A stretch of 64,000 nucleotides of DNA from the NCBI GenBank assembly GCA_937879955.1, contig CALFMK010000001.1, positions 361,853 through 425,852 on the forward strand, in the 5' to 3' direction. Origin of the DNA: an uncultured bacterium. Lineage in GTDB: Bacteria; Patescibacteriota; Minisyncoccia; Phycocordibacterales; Phycocordibacteraceae. How positions within the stretch are numbered: the stretch's first letter is position 1; each line of letters opens with the position of its first letter. The position numbers were made by a program, and so were the translations under genes. Positions 1-8,379 of the stretch are shown piece after piece. The notes beneath the pieces were generated by a model. It made no database searches. It was not told where the DNA came from and was given only the letters and a program-made list of their open reading frames with translations.

Positions 1-870
1 GGTTCGGACAGCATCAAGAAGAACGCGAAGGCGCTCAGCATCAGCGGCATCGACGCCCCCACCGACCTCACCATCGGCGAGACCGGTACCTGGACCGTAG
101 ACGTGAAGAGCAAGGGTGCGGACGCGCTCCAGTACGCGGTCGTGTGGGGCGACGAGAATACCGCAGCTCGCTCCATGAGCGCCTCGAGCGCGACGCAGTC
201 CTCGGCGACGTTCACGCACACCTATGACGTTGCAGGGACCTATACCCCGACGTTCACCGTGACGGACAAGAGCGGCCGCACCGTCTCTAAGTCAGCAGCA
301 GCGGTTACCGTGCACGCGGAGGCAGCAGCCCATATCAGCGGCATCACGCCGGCGACCGGCCCTGCCGGAAGCACCGTGACGGTCTCGGGATACGGCTTCG
401 CGGATAGCGACGTCTATCTCGGATCCACGAAGATCGATACCGCGTCTATTACTGACGACGGCACGCTCAGCTTCGTCGTGCCGGCAGCGACCGCAATCGG
501 CACGTACGCCATCACCATCGATAACGGCAATGGCGTAAGCAACAGCGTCGACTACACGGTCACCGCAGCCGCGTCGAGCCGCCTCTCCGTGAACGGCATC
601 GACGCGCCGACGACGCTCGCGATCGGCGAGGACGGTACCTGGACCGTGAACGCGTCGAGCAGGACGTCCGGGAATCTCAAGTATTCGGTGGTGTGGGGCG
701 ACGAGAACTTCTTCGCCCGCGCCATGCAGGTCCTCCTTCCGGAGACCATGCAGTCCTCGGCGACGTTCGCGCACGCGTATGACGCGGCAGGCACCTACAC
801 GCCGACGTTCACCGTAACGGATGAGACCGGACGTTCCGTGTCCGTGAAGGCATCGGTCGTCGTGAAGTAG
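1..870 (+). CDS. 5'-truncated secreted repeat protein with PKD-like repeats and an IPT/TIG-like domain
   Basis: The reading frame is open from base 1, so the N-terminus lies outside the window. Two ~90-aa repeats share ISGIDAPT.LTIGE.GTWTV, VVWGDEN and AGTYTPTFTVTD, and a central segment (ITPATGPAGSTVTVSGYGF) looks like an IPT/TIG fold. Confidence 0.6.
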   Translation, partial: GSDSIKKNAKALSISGIDAPTDLTIGETGTWTVDVKSKGADALQYAVVWGDENTAARSMSASSATQSSATFTHTYDVAGTYTPTFTVTDKSGRTVSKSAAAVTVHAEAAAHISGITPATGPAGSTVTVSGYGFADSDVYLGSTKIDTASITDDGTLSFVVPAATAIGTYAITIDNGNGVSNSVDYTVTAAASSRLSVNGIDAPTTLAIGEDGTWTVNASSRTSGNLKYSVVWGDENFFARAMQVLLPETMQSSATFAHAYDAAGTYTPTFTVTDETGRSVSVKASVVVK

Positions 871-950
871 GCTTCCAGGAACAGTTCGCTAGAGCCAGCA
901 ACGAAGAACGCCCCTCGTGAGAGGGGCGTTCTTCGTTGTCTCTTCGGACC

Positions 951-1325
951 CTACACAGCAGGATCCATCCAGACCGCCTCGATATTGTTCCCGTCGAAGT
1001 CATGGACGAAGGCGGCGTAATAGCCGGGCGTATATTCCTTCCGGACGCCAGGAGCGCCGTTGTCTTCGGCACCGGCCGCGAGCGCTGCGTCGTAGAATGC
1101 GTGCACCTGTTCCTTGCTTTCGGCGACGAACGCGACGTGCACGCCCGCTGATGGCATCTCCCTCTCGCTCACCCAGAAGTCCATCTTCCCTCCCTGGCTG
1201 TAGCCCGCCACCTTGTACTCGTCGAGCGCCATCCCGAGTGTATAGCCCAGCGGAGCGAGCATCTTCGAATACAGCTTCTTGGATTCTGGATAATTACTGA
1301 CGGTTACCGATGCATGAGAGATCAT
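951..1325 (-). CDS. VOC (glyoxalase/bleomycin-resistance fold) family protein
   Basis: 124-aa ORF whose composition and motifs (HVAFVAESKEQVHAFYDAA, GYYAAFVHDFDGNNIE) are typical of the vicinal-oxygen-chelate fold. Confidence 0.55.
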   Translation of the reverse strand: MISHASVTVSNYPESKKLYSKMLAPLGYTLGMALDEYKVAGYSQGGKMDFWVSEREMPSAGVHVAFVAESKEQVHAFYDAALAAGAEDNGAPGVRKEYTPGYYAAFVHDFDGNNIEAVWMDPAV

Positions 1326-1352
1326 GGGGAGAGTATACCTGACGGATTCGCT

Positions 1353-2570
1353 CTAGTGTCCGTGGCCCGGCACGATGATACCGTCGAAGATCGTCTTGTC
1401 CTCCGGCCCCGTGACCGTAAGCATGCCCCAGGCTCCGCGTTCCGTACGCGCGAGCGCATGATCGACGAGCATGTAGCTGCCTGGGACTTGGGTCACGAAT
1501 TCGACCGCGGTCGCTCCACCTGCTGGCACCGCGGTCGTCTGTATGTCTTCCGCAGGCGAAGAGAGTGACCCTTCCCGATACACGCGGTCGAATATCTCGC
1601 CGATGACATGGAAGGACGATACGAGGTTAACGCCGCCGTTACCGAAGTAGATGCGCACGCGATCCCCCACCTCGGCCTGCATGCGGTTGCTGAGCCCTCC
1701 CGTCTTTCCATTGAAGACGACGTATGTCGGCCTGCCATCGAGCATCGCCTGGGCATCGAAGAGCTGGAGTCCCTTGCGACCCATGCCGCCGCTCGCATAG
1801 AACTCGCCCTGCATGACGTAATACTCCTTATCGACCTCTGCGAGCCCCTCGGCCGGCTCCACGAGGATGAGTCCGTACATCCCGTGCGTCATATGATTCG
1901 GAACGTTCGGGGTCGCGCAATGATAGACGAACAGGCCTGGATTCAGAGCCTTGAACGTAAAGGTTGCAGATTCTCCGGGCGCGACCATGCTCGCGGACGC
2001 GCCTCCGCCCGGGCCGGTCACCGCGTGCAGGTCTATGTTGTGATGGTGCAGGCTGGTCGGATCATTATGGAGGGTCAGCTCGACCGTATCTCCTTCGCGC
2101 ACACGGAAGAACGGTCCGGGCACGGTACCGTCATAGGTCCAATAGTTCATGAGCACGCCGGGGGCAATCTCCGCTATCACTTCCTTCGCCGTAAGCTCGA
2201 GCTTCACGGTAGCAGGCTCGGTACGCCCCGTCGGCGGCGGCACGTCATTCGGATCGCGTGCGATATCCTCGACCTTCTCGAACGAATCGAAATGCGTGAA
2301 GAAGCTGATGACGTTCTGTACCGGCATCGTCGGTCCGGAAGCGGTGCCATAGGTCCGCATGGAGAGCGGGAACTCAACGCCATTGGGTAATCCGTTCGGC
2401 ACATAGAAGAACATGGAGACGCCGAGGAACACGATGACGGCGGTGATGCGCATCCAGAACGAGTGCAGCTGGCGCAGTGCGAGATAGATGAAAATCGCAG
2501 CGAATATGAAGGCGATAGCCAGTCCCGCTACCTGTACGAAATATGACCAGGTATAGGCAAATAGTTGCAT
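1353..2570 (-). CDS. nirK: copper-containing nitrite reductase NirK (multicopper oxidase type) with N-terminal membrane anchor
   Basis: Type-1 and type-2 copper ligand motifs are present (HHHNIDLHAV; HCATPNVPNHMTHGMYG). There are two cupredoxin domains and two predicted TM helices in the first ~60 aa. Confidence 0.85.
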   Translation of the reverse strand: MQLFAYTWSYFVQVAGLAIAFIFAAIFIYLALRQLHSFWMRITAVIVFLGVSMFFYVPNGLPNGVEFPLSMRTYGTASGPTMPVQNVISFFTHFDSFEKVEDIARDPNDVPPPTGRTEPATVKLELTAKEVIAEIAPGVLMNYWTYDGTVPGPFFRVREGDTVELTLHNDPTSLHHHNIDLHAVTGPGGGASASMVAPGESATFTFKALNPGLFVYHCATPNVPNHMTHGMYGLILVEPAEGLAEVDKEYYVMQGEFYASGGMGRKGLQLFDAQAMLDGRPTYVVFNGKTGGLSNRMQAEVGDRVRIYFGNGGVNLVSSFHVIGEIFDRVYREGSLSSPAEDIQTTAVPAGGATAVEFVTQVPGSYMLVDHALARTERGAWGMLTVTGPEDKTIFDGIIVPGHGH

Positions 2571-2754
2571 GGGTATGTAGTTGTTATTTCGATAAGCAAT
2601 GACGCTAATCGCACTACAGACCGATTCTCCTTAGGAGACGGCGGGTTGGAAGAAGGATATCTTGCCAGCTGTGCGACCCGCAGCCTGGATGAGGCTACAT
2701 GCATGGTACCACTCGATTTCATGACCCAAAGGATATGCAAGGGCCCTTAACTGT

Positions 2755-2780
2755 AAAACCGCCCTTTCGGGCGGTTTTAC
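2755..2780 (-). terminator. intrinsic terminator hairpin (CCGCCC-TTTC-GGGCGG) flanked by A/T runs
   Basis: A GC-rich 6-bp stem and tetraloop with AAAA upstream and TTTT downstream, so it can act on either strand. It sits 3' of the minus-strand tRNA genes and before nirK. Confidence 0.55.
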
Positions 2781-2786
2781 TTTGTG

Positions 2787-2860
2787 CGCGGTCGACGAGA
2801 CTTGAACTCGCAACCTCCCGCGTGACAGGCGGGTGCTCTAACCAGTTGAGCTACGACCGC
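2787..2860 (-). tRNA. tRNA-Asp (anticodon GTC)
   Basis: Hand-folded cloverleaf: acceptor GCGGTCG/CGACCGC, D-arm TAGCTCAACTGGTTAGAGC, anticodon loop CTGTCAC, T-loop TTCAAGT. Confidence 0.8.
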
Positions 2861-2927
2861 ACGAAACGGGCCGAAGCCCGTAACGTTGGTACTGTACCGG
2901 TTTTGCCCTCTGAGGGCAAGATGGGTG

Positions 2928-3001
2928 TGCCGACGCCAAGATTTGCACTTGGGACCTTCTCTTTATGAGTGAGATGCTCTAACTACCTGAGCTACGCCGG
3001 C
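2928..3001 (-). tRNA. tRNA-Met/Ile2-like (anticodon CAT), possibly aberrant (G at T-loop position 55, A31-A39 mismatch)
   Basis: Acceptor GCCGGCG/CGUCGGC, D-arm TAGCTCAGGTAGTTAGAGC, anticodon loop CTCATAA. The T-arm is CCAAG-TGCAAAT-CTTGG, i.e. G instead of the conserved U55. Confidence 0.5.
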
Positions 3002-3002
3002 C

Positions 3003-3695
3003 TTATTTCTCCTGCATTCCGACCTCCGCAATACGCGCTATCTGGGCAAGGATCTTATAACGTATATCCTTACCCTTCGAGACGCGTAACGCTAAAACAC
3101 CATAATACATATCGCGGTTTTCGTAAATCTTCTTGCCTTTATCCAGGAATATCATCTTCCTGAACTGTGATCGCGGGATAGCGAGGGTCGTGGCCCAGTA
3201 TTCCGTAATTATCTCCTCCCGGTCGCGGTGCGTATCGCTGATGAACACCCGTGGCATGAACCGTTCCCGCTCGACTCCGTAGCACTCCAAGAACCATCGG
3301 ATCATGAGCACGATGACCCGGGGATCAGAGTTGACCACAGCCAGAGAGCTGCTGCTTTCTGCTTTGGCTCCCTCTCCCCAATACAGCCCGAGGCCGACGA
3401 AGAAGAGCTGCTCCGGGGAAAGAGACCGTATGGCTTCTCGTGCTTCAGATTCGGCTATCCGTATGCGTGCCGCCTTCTTCTCCTTATTCGCCTCTGCACC
3501 CATCATGCGACCCTTATGGCCCGCTGCAATCTGCCGCTCTCGGAGATGGGCTCTTTGAGCTGCCGTGAGGGGGACATCACGGGTCCAGATGCTCACCGTG
3601 CCGCTCGATACGCCGAGCAGCCTCGCGATCTCCTTCACGCTCTCTCCCTTGCGTCTAAGCTCTCGGGCACGGATACGCTCCAATGACTTCGCCAT
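3003..3695 (-). CDS. HTH-domain protein with a LAGLIDADG-like motif (possible degenerate or single-motif homing endonuclease)
   Basis: An N-terminal helix-turn-helix (SVKEIARLLGVSSGTVSIWTRD) is followed by LFFVGLGLYWGEGAK, which resembles a LAGLIDADG block. It abuts the tRNA-Met-like gene. Confidence 0.4.
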   Translation of the reverse strand: MAKSLERIRARELRRKGESVKEIARLLGVSSGTVSIWTRDVPLTAAQRAHLRERQIAAGHKGRMMGAEANKEKKAARIRIAESEAREAIRSLSPEQLFFVGLGLYWGEGAKAESSSSLAVVNSDPRVIVLMIRWFLECYGVERERFMPRVFISDTHRDREEIITEYWATTLAIPRSQFRKMIFLDKGKKIYENRDMYYGVLALRVSKGKDIRYKILAQIARIAEVGMQEK

Positions 3696-3757
3696 GGAAC
3701 GACGATACGCGACCGTAGATAGGGAGAACCTCTAGAAGATATAAGGTTGTGTATGAC

Positions 3758-4453
3758 TTATCCCCTTCGTGCGAGCGCCTCCTCTGCACGCGGCAAATCT
3801 TCCGGGGCGGTTATCTGGAACCAGAAGGACGCCTCTACCACCGCGAGCGGGATGCCTCCCGTGAGGGACGCGGCGAGCACCGTCTGCGGCAGGCCGTACT
3901 CGTCGCTGCCGATGGCCTTCGGGACCATGGGGTGCTCGAATATCCGAGGATCGAGCGCGAAGAGGTTCGTGTTCATGAGGCCCGGCTTCCCCACATGATC
4001 CCCCTCCTCGATCTTCACGAGATGCCCGGTCTCGTCCATGACCATGCGGCCGCCGGACGCCATGGAGTCCGTGCTCTGCACGAGCACGCTCCAGTTCGGG
4101 GCCGCGAAGCAAGCCTCGATGTCCTCGCGGCAGTAGAGGTCGTCCCCCATCATGACCACGAAGCGGTCCGTAAGATAGGGGGCGGCGAGCGCGAGCGCGC
4201 CCATGGTGCCGTCGAGCAGCTCCTGCTCGACGTAGCGGATCTTCCGTCCCTCGAACTCGTCGCCGAACTTCGCGCGTATCACGTCGCCCTGGTACCCGAC
4301 GACGAGGATTACCTCGTCGACTTCAGGCGGGAGGATGTCGAGCTTATGCTCGATGAGGGTCTTGCCCGCGACCGTGAGCATCGGCTTCGGGACCGACTCT
4401 GTCAGGTCCTTCATGCGGGTGCCCCTCCCTGCGGCGAGTATGACTGCCTGCAT
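3758..4453 (-). CDS. sugar-phosphate nucleotidyltransferase (NTP_transferase family)
   Basis: N-terminal MQAVILAAGRGTRM..PKPML signature of nucleotidyl-transferases, plus VMMGDDLY and a G-rich pocket. Confidence 0.75.
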   Translation of the reverse strand: MQAVILAAGRGTRMKDLTESVPKPMLTVAGKTLIEHKLDILPPEVDEVILVVGYQGDVIRAKFGDEFEGRKIRYVEQELLDGTMGALALAAPYLTDRFVVMMGDDLYCREDIEACFAAPNWSVLVQSTDSMASGGRMVMDETGHLVKIEEGDHVGKPGLMNTNLFALDPRIFEHPMVPKAIGSDEYGLPQTVLAASLTGGIPLAVVEASFWFQITAPEDLPRAEEALARRG

Positions 4454-4460
4454 ATGATTC

Positions 4461-5513
4461 CTAGAACGTGCGCATGGCGCTCGCAGGTTGCGTGCCGTCC
4501 GGCACGACTACGGTATCCATGTTCGTAGCATTGAACACGAGGAGGCTCAGCGCCACCAGGATGATGAGGAGGCCGCCGCCTGCCACCTCGAGGTACTGGA
4601 CCTTGAGGTGCGCCGCGATAGCGACGAGGAGCAGGATAGAGACGAGCGCGGCGAGGCCGGCAAGCACGTAGATGACGGTGTGCGTCGGGGACGCGGCCAC
4701 CTGCGCGAAGAAGCTCAGGGTCTCCGTGGCCGCACTCTTCTGCGCGGCCTCCGCCCTCGCCTCGTACTCGGTCTCGAGCATGGGCTCCTCGCCAGGCGCG
4801 GACGGCATGACGGTACCTATCTCGACGCCGAGGACCTCGCTGCCGGTCTCGACAGGCACCTCTGCGGGAACGTCCTCCGCAGTGGCGACCGTCGCCGGCT
4901 TCTCCTCAGGAACGCCTGCAGCCACCTGGTACGCCGCTACGGCGCGCGGCGTCGCGAAGAACTGCACCACGAACGTGGTCTCCTTCCCCTGGTATGTTCC
5001 CTGCGCTACGCCGATGCCGATGCGCGTGTACTGCGCTTTCATGATGTTCGCGTGGTGCGCGGGAGACTTCATCCATGCCTCCTCCACGTCCTCGGAGTCC
5101 GTGAAGTTAACGGCGAGGTTCTCGCCGGCGTAGGTGTAGTCGTAGCCGGCCTTGTCGAACCAGTACCACGGCTGGTTGCCGTCAGGGTCCACGTGCGAGA
5201 AGTATCCTCGCGCGGCCATGTCGTCCGCCTTCATCTGTGCCGCCTCGGAGAGGTGCGCATCCTCGACGAGCGCCGGGATGCCGTTCTCGGCGCGGTCCTT
5301 GTTCGTGAGGGTGGCAAGCACGCCCGGGAGGACTGACGCGAGGAAGTCCGTATCCTTGAAGACAATCCGGGTCTGCACGAAGTACGCGGCCTGGACCAGG
5401 AGGAGTACGAGGATCACGCTTCCGACGCCCGCGGCCGTGAAGAGGAGCGGCTTGAAGCCGTTCCCTTCGTGTGGGAGGAGATGGTCGCGCAGATGGGAGC
5501 GGAGGCGCTTCAT
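4461..5513 (-). CDS. CAP/SCP/PR-1 domain membrane-anchored protein
   Basis: CAP-domain motifs (GYFSHVDPDGNQPW, GENLA, WMKSPAHHANIM) flanked by N- and C-terminal hydrophobic helices. Confidence 0.65.
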   Translation of the reverse strand: MKRLRSHLRDHLLPHEGNGFKPLLFTAAGVGSVILVLLLVQAAYFVQTRIVFKDTDFLASVLPGVLATLTNKDRAENGIPALVEDAHLSEAAQMKADDMAARGYFSHVDPDGNQPWYWFDKAGYDYTYAGENLAVNFTDSEDVEEAWMKSPAHHANIMKAQYTRIGIGVAQGTYQGKETTFVVQFFATPRAVAAYQVAAGVPEEKPATVATAEDVPAEVPVETGSEVLGVEIGTVMPSAPGEEPMLETEYEARAEAAQKSAATETLSFFAQVAASPTHTVIYVLAGLAALVSILLLVAIAAHLKVQYLEVAGGGLLIILVALSLLVFNATNMDTVVVPDGTQPASAMRTF

Positions 5514-5585
5514 GCGTAATATAATACAATACGAATTTGAAACGGCAAGGCGCTTACCTGCGCTTCCCTTCCTGGTGGGGATAAG

Positions 5586-5617
5586 AAAAAGCCCCGTGCA
5601 AGACGGGGCTTTTTTTC
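5586..5617. terminator. bidirectional intrinsic terminator (AGCCCCGT-GCAAG-ACGGGGCT with A5 upstream and T7 downstream)
   Basis: Perfect 8-bp GC stem with a flanking poly-A and poly-T, lying between the convergent ends of the 4461..5513 and 5636..8152 genes. Confidence 0.7.
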
Positions 5618-5635
5618 CTTAGAGCAAGGCGTGGA

Positions 5636-8152
5636 CTATGCCGCGTCCTTCTTCATCGCATCGAGCTTCTCCTGAAGCTCCTTCACCTTCTCAAGGATGT
5701 CCTTGATGAGGGCTGCGCGAGCCTCTTCGGTCATGGTCGGTGCCGGGGTCGCTGCGGCGATTGCAGCCATGGTGAGCGGGCCGAAGAATCCGGTCGCCGG
5801 TACGCCATGCGCTGCCTGCCATGCCTTGAGAGCCTCGGTCGTCATAGGACCGAAGAATCCGGTAGGCGCAGCGATCTTGAGGAGACCTGCGTCGATCAGC
5901 ATCTGCTGGAGCGCGTTCACGTCAGCTCCGTTAGAACCAGCAGAGAGGTTCGCAGAGAAGTTGTACGTGGACGCACCGAGGACCTGGCCTCCGTCTACTC
6001 CGCCGGCAGTACCGGTGCCGGTGTTAGTGGCAGTCGAGCGGCTGCTACCGCCAGAGCGGCCGCGGCTCGGCTCTTCAGGACGAAGAACGTAGACACGTCC
6101 GGTAACGGCGCCGGAAACACGCTCGGAAGAGACATACTGACCGTTCGTATCGATCACCGACACGTTAGCTTTGGCGATGTCATCAACCCAGATCGCGTCG
6201 TTCTCATCATGCTTGCTTACGCCGTTTACGGTGAGCTCAGCGGCAGTCACGACGTTCACGCCACGATCGACGTTCACACCGTTCCAACCGTTACCAGAGG
6301 TGGTGAGGTTCGTGACGGTCACGGTCGAGCCATTCACGAGAAGTCCGGACTTGCCGCTACTCTTAACGGTTACATCCGTAAGAATCACGCCAGTCGTAGC
6401 ATATGCCTGGATACCGTGAACACCTGCCTTACCAACAACCGTGAGGTCGTTCACGGAGACGTTTGCTCCAGTGATGAGAACGACCGACCCCGTGAGAGCA
6501 CCGGAAGCCGTGATGGTCTTTCCGTTACCGTTGATAGTTACGGCGTGATCAGCCGTCACCTGAGACGAGACCGAGAAGGAGTCGCTAAGAGTGATGGCTG
6601 GGATATGAGCTGCGAGAGCCGCATTGAGCTCTGCCTCGCTCTTAACCGTGTTGAGGTAGTACGCCTTAGCAGGTGCCTGATCAACAACGGTGTACTGTGC
6701 ATCTGCGTTGACACTGCCCTTGTTGGTGTCATCAACGAAAATCGCAGGGCCGATATCGGAATGCGAGCTCGTACCAGTAACGGTAAGGACTGCTGGAGTC
6801 GTTACGCCAGAACCCTGGTCAACATTGATGCCATGCCAGTTGTTTCCAGACGTGGTGACATTGTTAACGGTAACGGTCGAGCCGTTGACCATGATTCCGG
6901 ACTTGTTCGCGTTCTTCGCGGTTACGCCATCGAGCGTGACATTGGTTGCGACATATGCCTGGATACCCTGAACCGGAAGACGCGCTGCATCTACCGTAAG
7001 GTTCTTGATAGTTACGTCGCTAGCCGTGACGAGTACTACAGAACCGGTGACTCCGGTAGCTGCGGTTACGGTATGGCCGTTACCCTCAATGGTTACCTTC
7101 TTGTCGACATTTACCGTCGTGGTCTCGGTGACGTCATGGTTGAGCACGATGGTGTCGCCAGCGTTTGCTGCAGCGATAGCAGCGCTAAGCGTATCGAATG
7201 AATTCGTTACACCCATGTCGCTCCACTGAACCGTGTAAGGACGGTTACCGAACACGCCATCGGCTGGAGTTCCCTCTGCACCGTAGTTGTACTGGTTAAG
7301 GATTACCTCCTTGATAGCGCTAGTGCCTGCGGTTCCATCGAGAGGCACCTGACTAAGCAGGTCACCGTTGATGTAGTAGTTCCAGTTTCCATCAGCGACC
7401 TCTACCCGAAGTACGTAGGTCTGACCAGGAACAGCTTCCATGACGGGAGTCCATGAGCCGCTACCCCTGGAGTCCCAGACACGGAATACTGGATCCTTAG
7501 TAAGACTTGCGCTGTTTCCAGCGGTATATCCAGCAGCGCTGGTGTAGTCGATGATTCCCCACTCACCTACTGCGCCGTTTCCGGTCGCCCAGAGGCCTGC
7601 ACGGACAGCCGTGTTCTCCCATGCCGGATCGATATAGAGAGATGCCTCTACGGAAGAAACATTGTTAAGCGAGGCCTTACGTCCTTCGGTGCGATAGAAC
7701 GCGCTTCCATCCTGCTGAGCATCAAGCGTACCGTCGATTACGACAACACCACCATTCCAAGAATCCGGTGCATGACGGTCAATCGCCCAACTACCATCGA
7801 TAGCAACAGCGCGATCGATAGTCACCTTAGCTGGCTCGGGAGCAACAACAGCATCGAGAGAGATATCATCAACTGCCGAGAAAAGGCTTGCGACAGAATT
7901 GATGACTTCCTCAACGATCCCTGCCTCTTCCTCGACAACGGGGGTCTCTTCCTGATTAACAATCTCTTCGGACTCCTCGATAGGAGCCTCTTCAACAACG
8001 GGAGTCTCGATGACAACATCAGAGATGACCTCTGGCGTCGTCTCGACGACCTCGGCTGGTGCCTCCTCAGCGAAGACAGCCGCCGGAACGAACGATGCGA
8101 CGAGCGCGAGAAGCGTGAGCGCGCTCGCGAGCTTGGTAAAGAAATTGGTCAT
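5636..8152 (-). CDS. large secreted right-handed beta-helix repeat protein with C-terminal peptidoglycan-binding domain
   Basis: Signal peptide and acidic linker, then a lectin/jelly-roll-like segment. Two ~170-aa internally duplicated blocks carry NGSTVTV.N.TTSGN.W.G.NVD parallel beta-helix rungs. The C-terminus has a PG_binding_1-like motif (LQQMLIDAGLL...TGFFGP.T..A.KAWQ). Confidence 0.7.
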   Translation of the reverse strand: MTNFFTKLASALTLLALVASFVPAAVFAEEAPAEVVETTPEVISDVVIETPVVEEAPIEESEEIVNQEETPVVEEEAGIVEEVINSVASLFSAVDDISLDAVVAPEPAKVTIDRAVAIDGSWAIDRHAPDSWNGGVVVIDGTLDAQQDGSAFYRTEGRKASLNNVSSVEASLYIDPAWENTAVRAGLWATGNGAVGEWGIIDYTSAAGYTAGNSASLTKDPVFRVWDSRGSGSWTPVMEAVPGQTYVLRVEVADGNWNYYINGDLLSQVPLDGTAGTSAIKEVILNQYNYGAEGTPADGVFGNRPYTVQWSDMGVTNSFDTLSAAIAAANAGDTIVLNHDVTETTTVNVDKKVTIEGNGHTVTAATGVTGSVVLVTASDVTIKNLTVDAARLPVQGIQAYVATNVTLDGVTAKNANKSGIMVNGSTVTVNNVTTSGNNWHGINVDQGSGVTTPAVLTVTGTSSHSDIGPAIFVDDTNKGSVNADAQYTVVDQAPAKAYYLNTVKSEAELNAALAAHIPAITLSDSFSVSSQVTADHAVTINGNGKTITASGALTGSVVLITGANVSVNDLTVVGKAGVHGIQAYATTGVILTDVTVKSSGKSGLLVNGSTVTVTNLTTSGNGWNGVNVDRGVNVVTAAELTVNGVSKHDENDAIWVDDIAKANVSVIDTNGQYVSSERVSGAVTGRVYVLRPEEPSRGRSGGSSRSTATNTGTGTAGGVDGGQVLGASTYNFSANLSAGSNGADVNALQQMLIDAGLLKIAAPTGFFGPMTTEALKAWQAAHGVPATGFFGPLTMAAIAAATPAPTMTEEARAALIKDILEKVKELQEKLDAMKKDAA

Positions 8153-8379
8153 AGACAGTGCTAATGAAGTAATCGCCCGTATTACTCCAGGAATGAGAAT
8201 TCCTGCCCCAGTAATAGCCTCACCCTATTCCTATCGCATCATTTGTCAATGAAAAATCTGTCATGTCTACACTATAAAAAATCCAGATTTTCTTTATCTT
8301 TTCTGTCCTTTAGGACAACAATGAATACGCCATTTCCTGACGCCTGTCCTATATATAGGTATGCGCTACTATTCCTTCT

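Noticed and set aside
3749-4528. 259-aa plus-strand ORF antisense to the nucleotidyltransferase and CAP genes
   Set aside because: Arg/Glu/His-rich composition with no motifs. It is a typical antisense open frame in a 65% GC genome. The opposite-strand genes carry clear family signatures.
5807-7201. 464-aa plus-strand ORF inside the beta-helix gene
   Set aside because: Antisense to a gene with a coherent domain architecture. Composition is Arg/Asp/Val-biased and there are no recognisable motifs.
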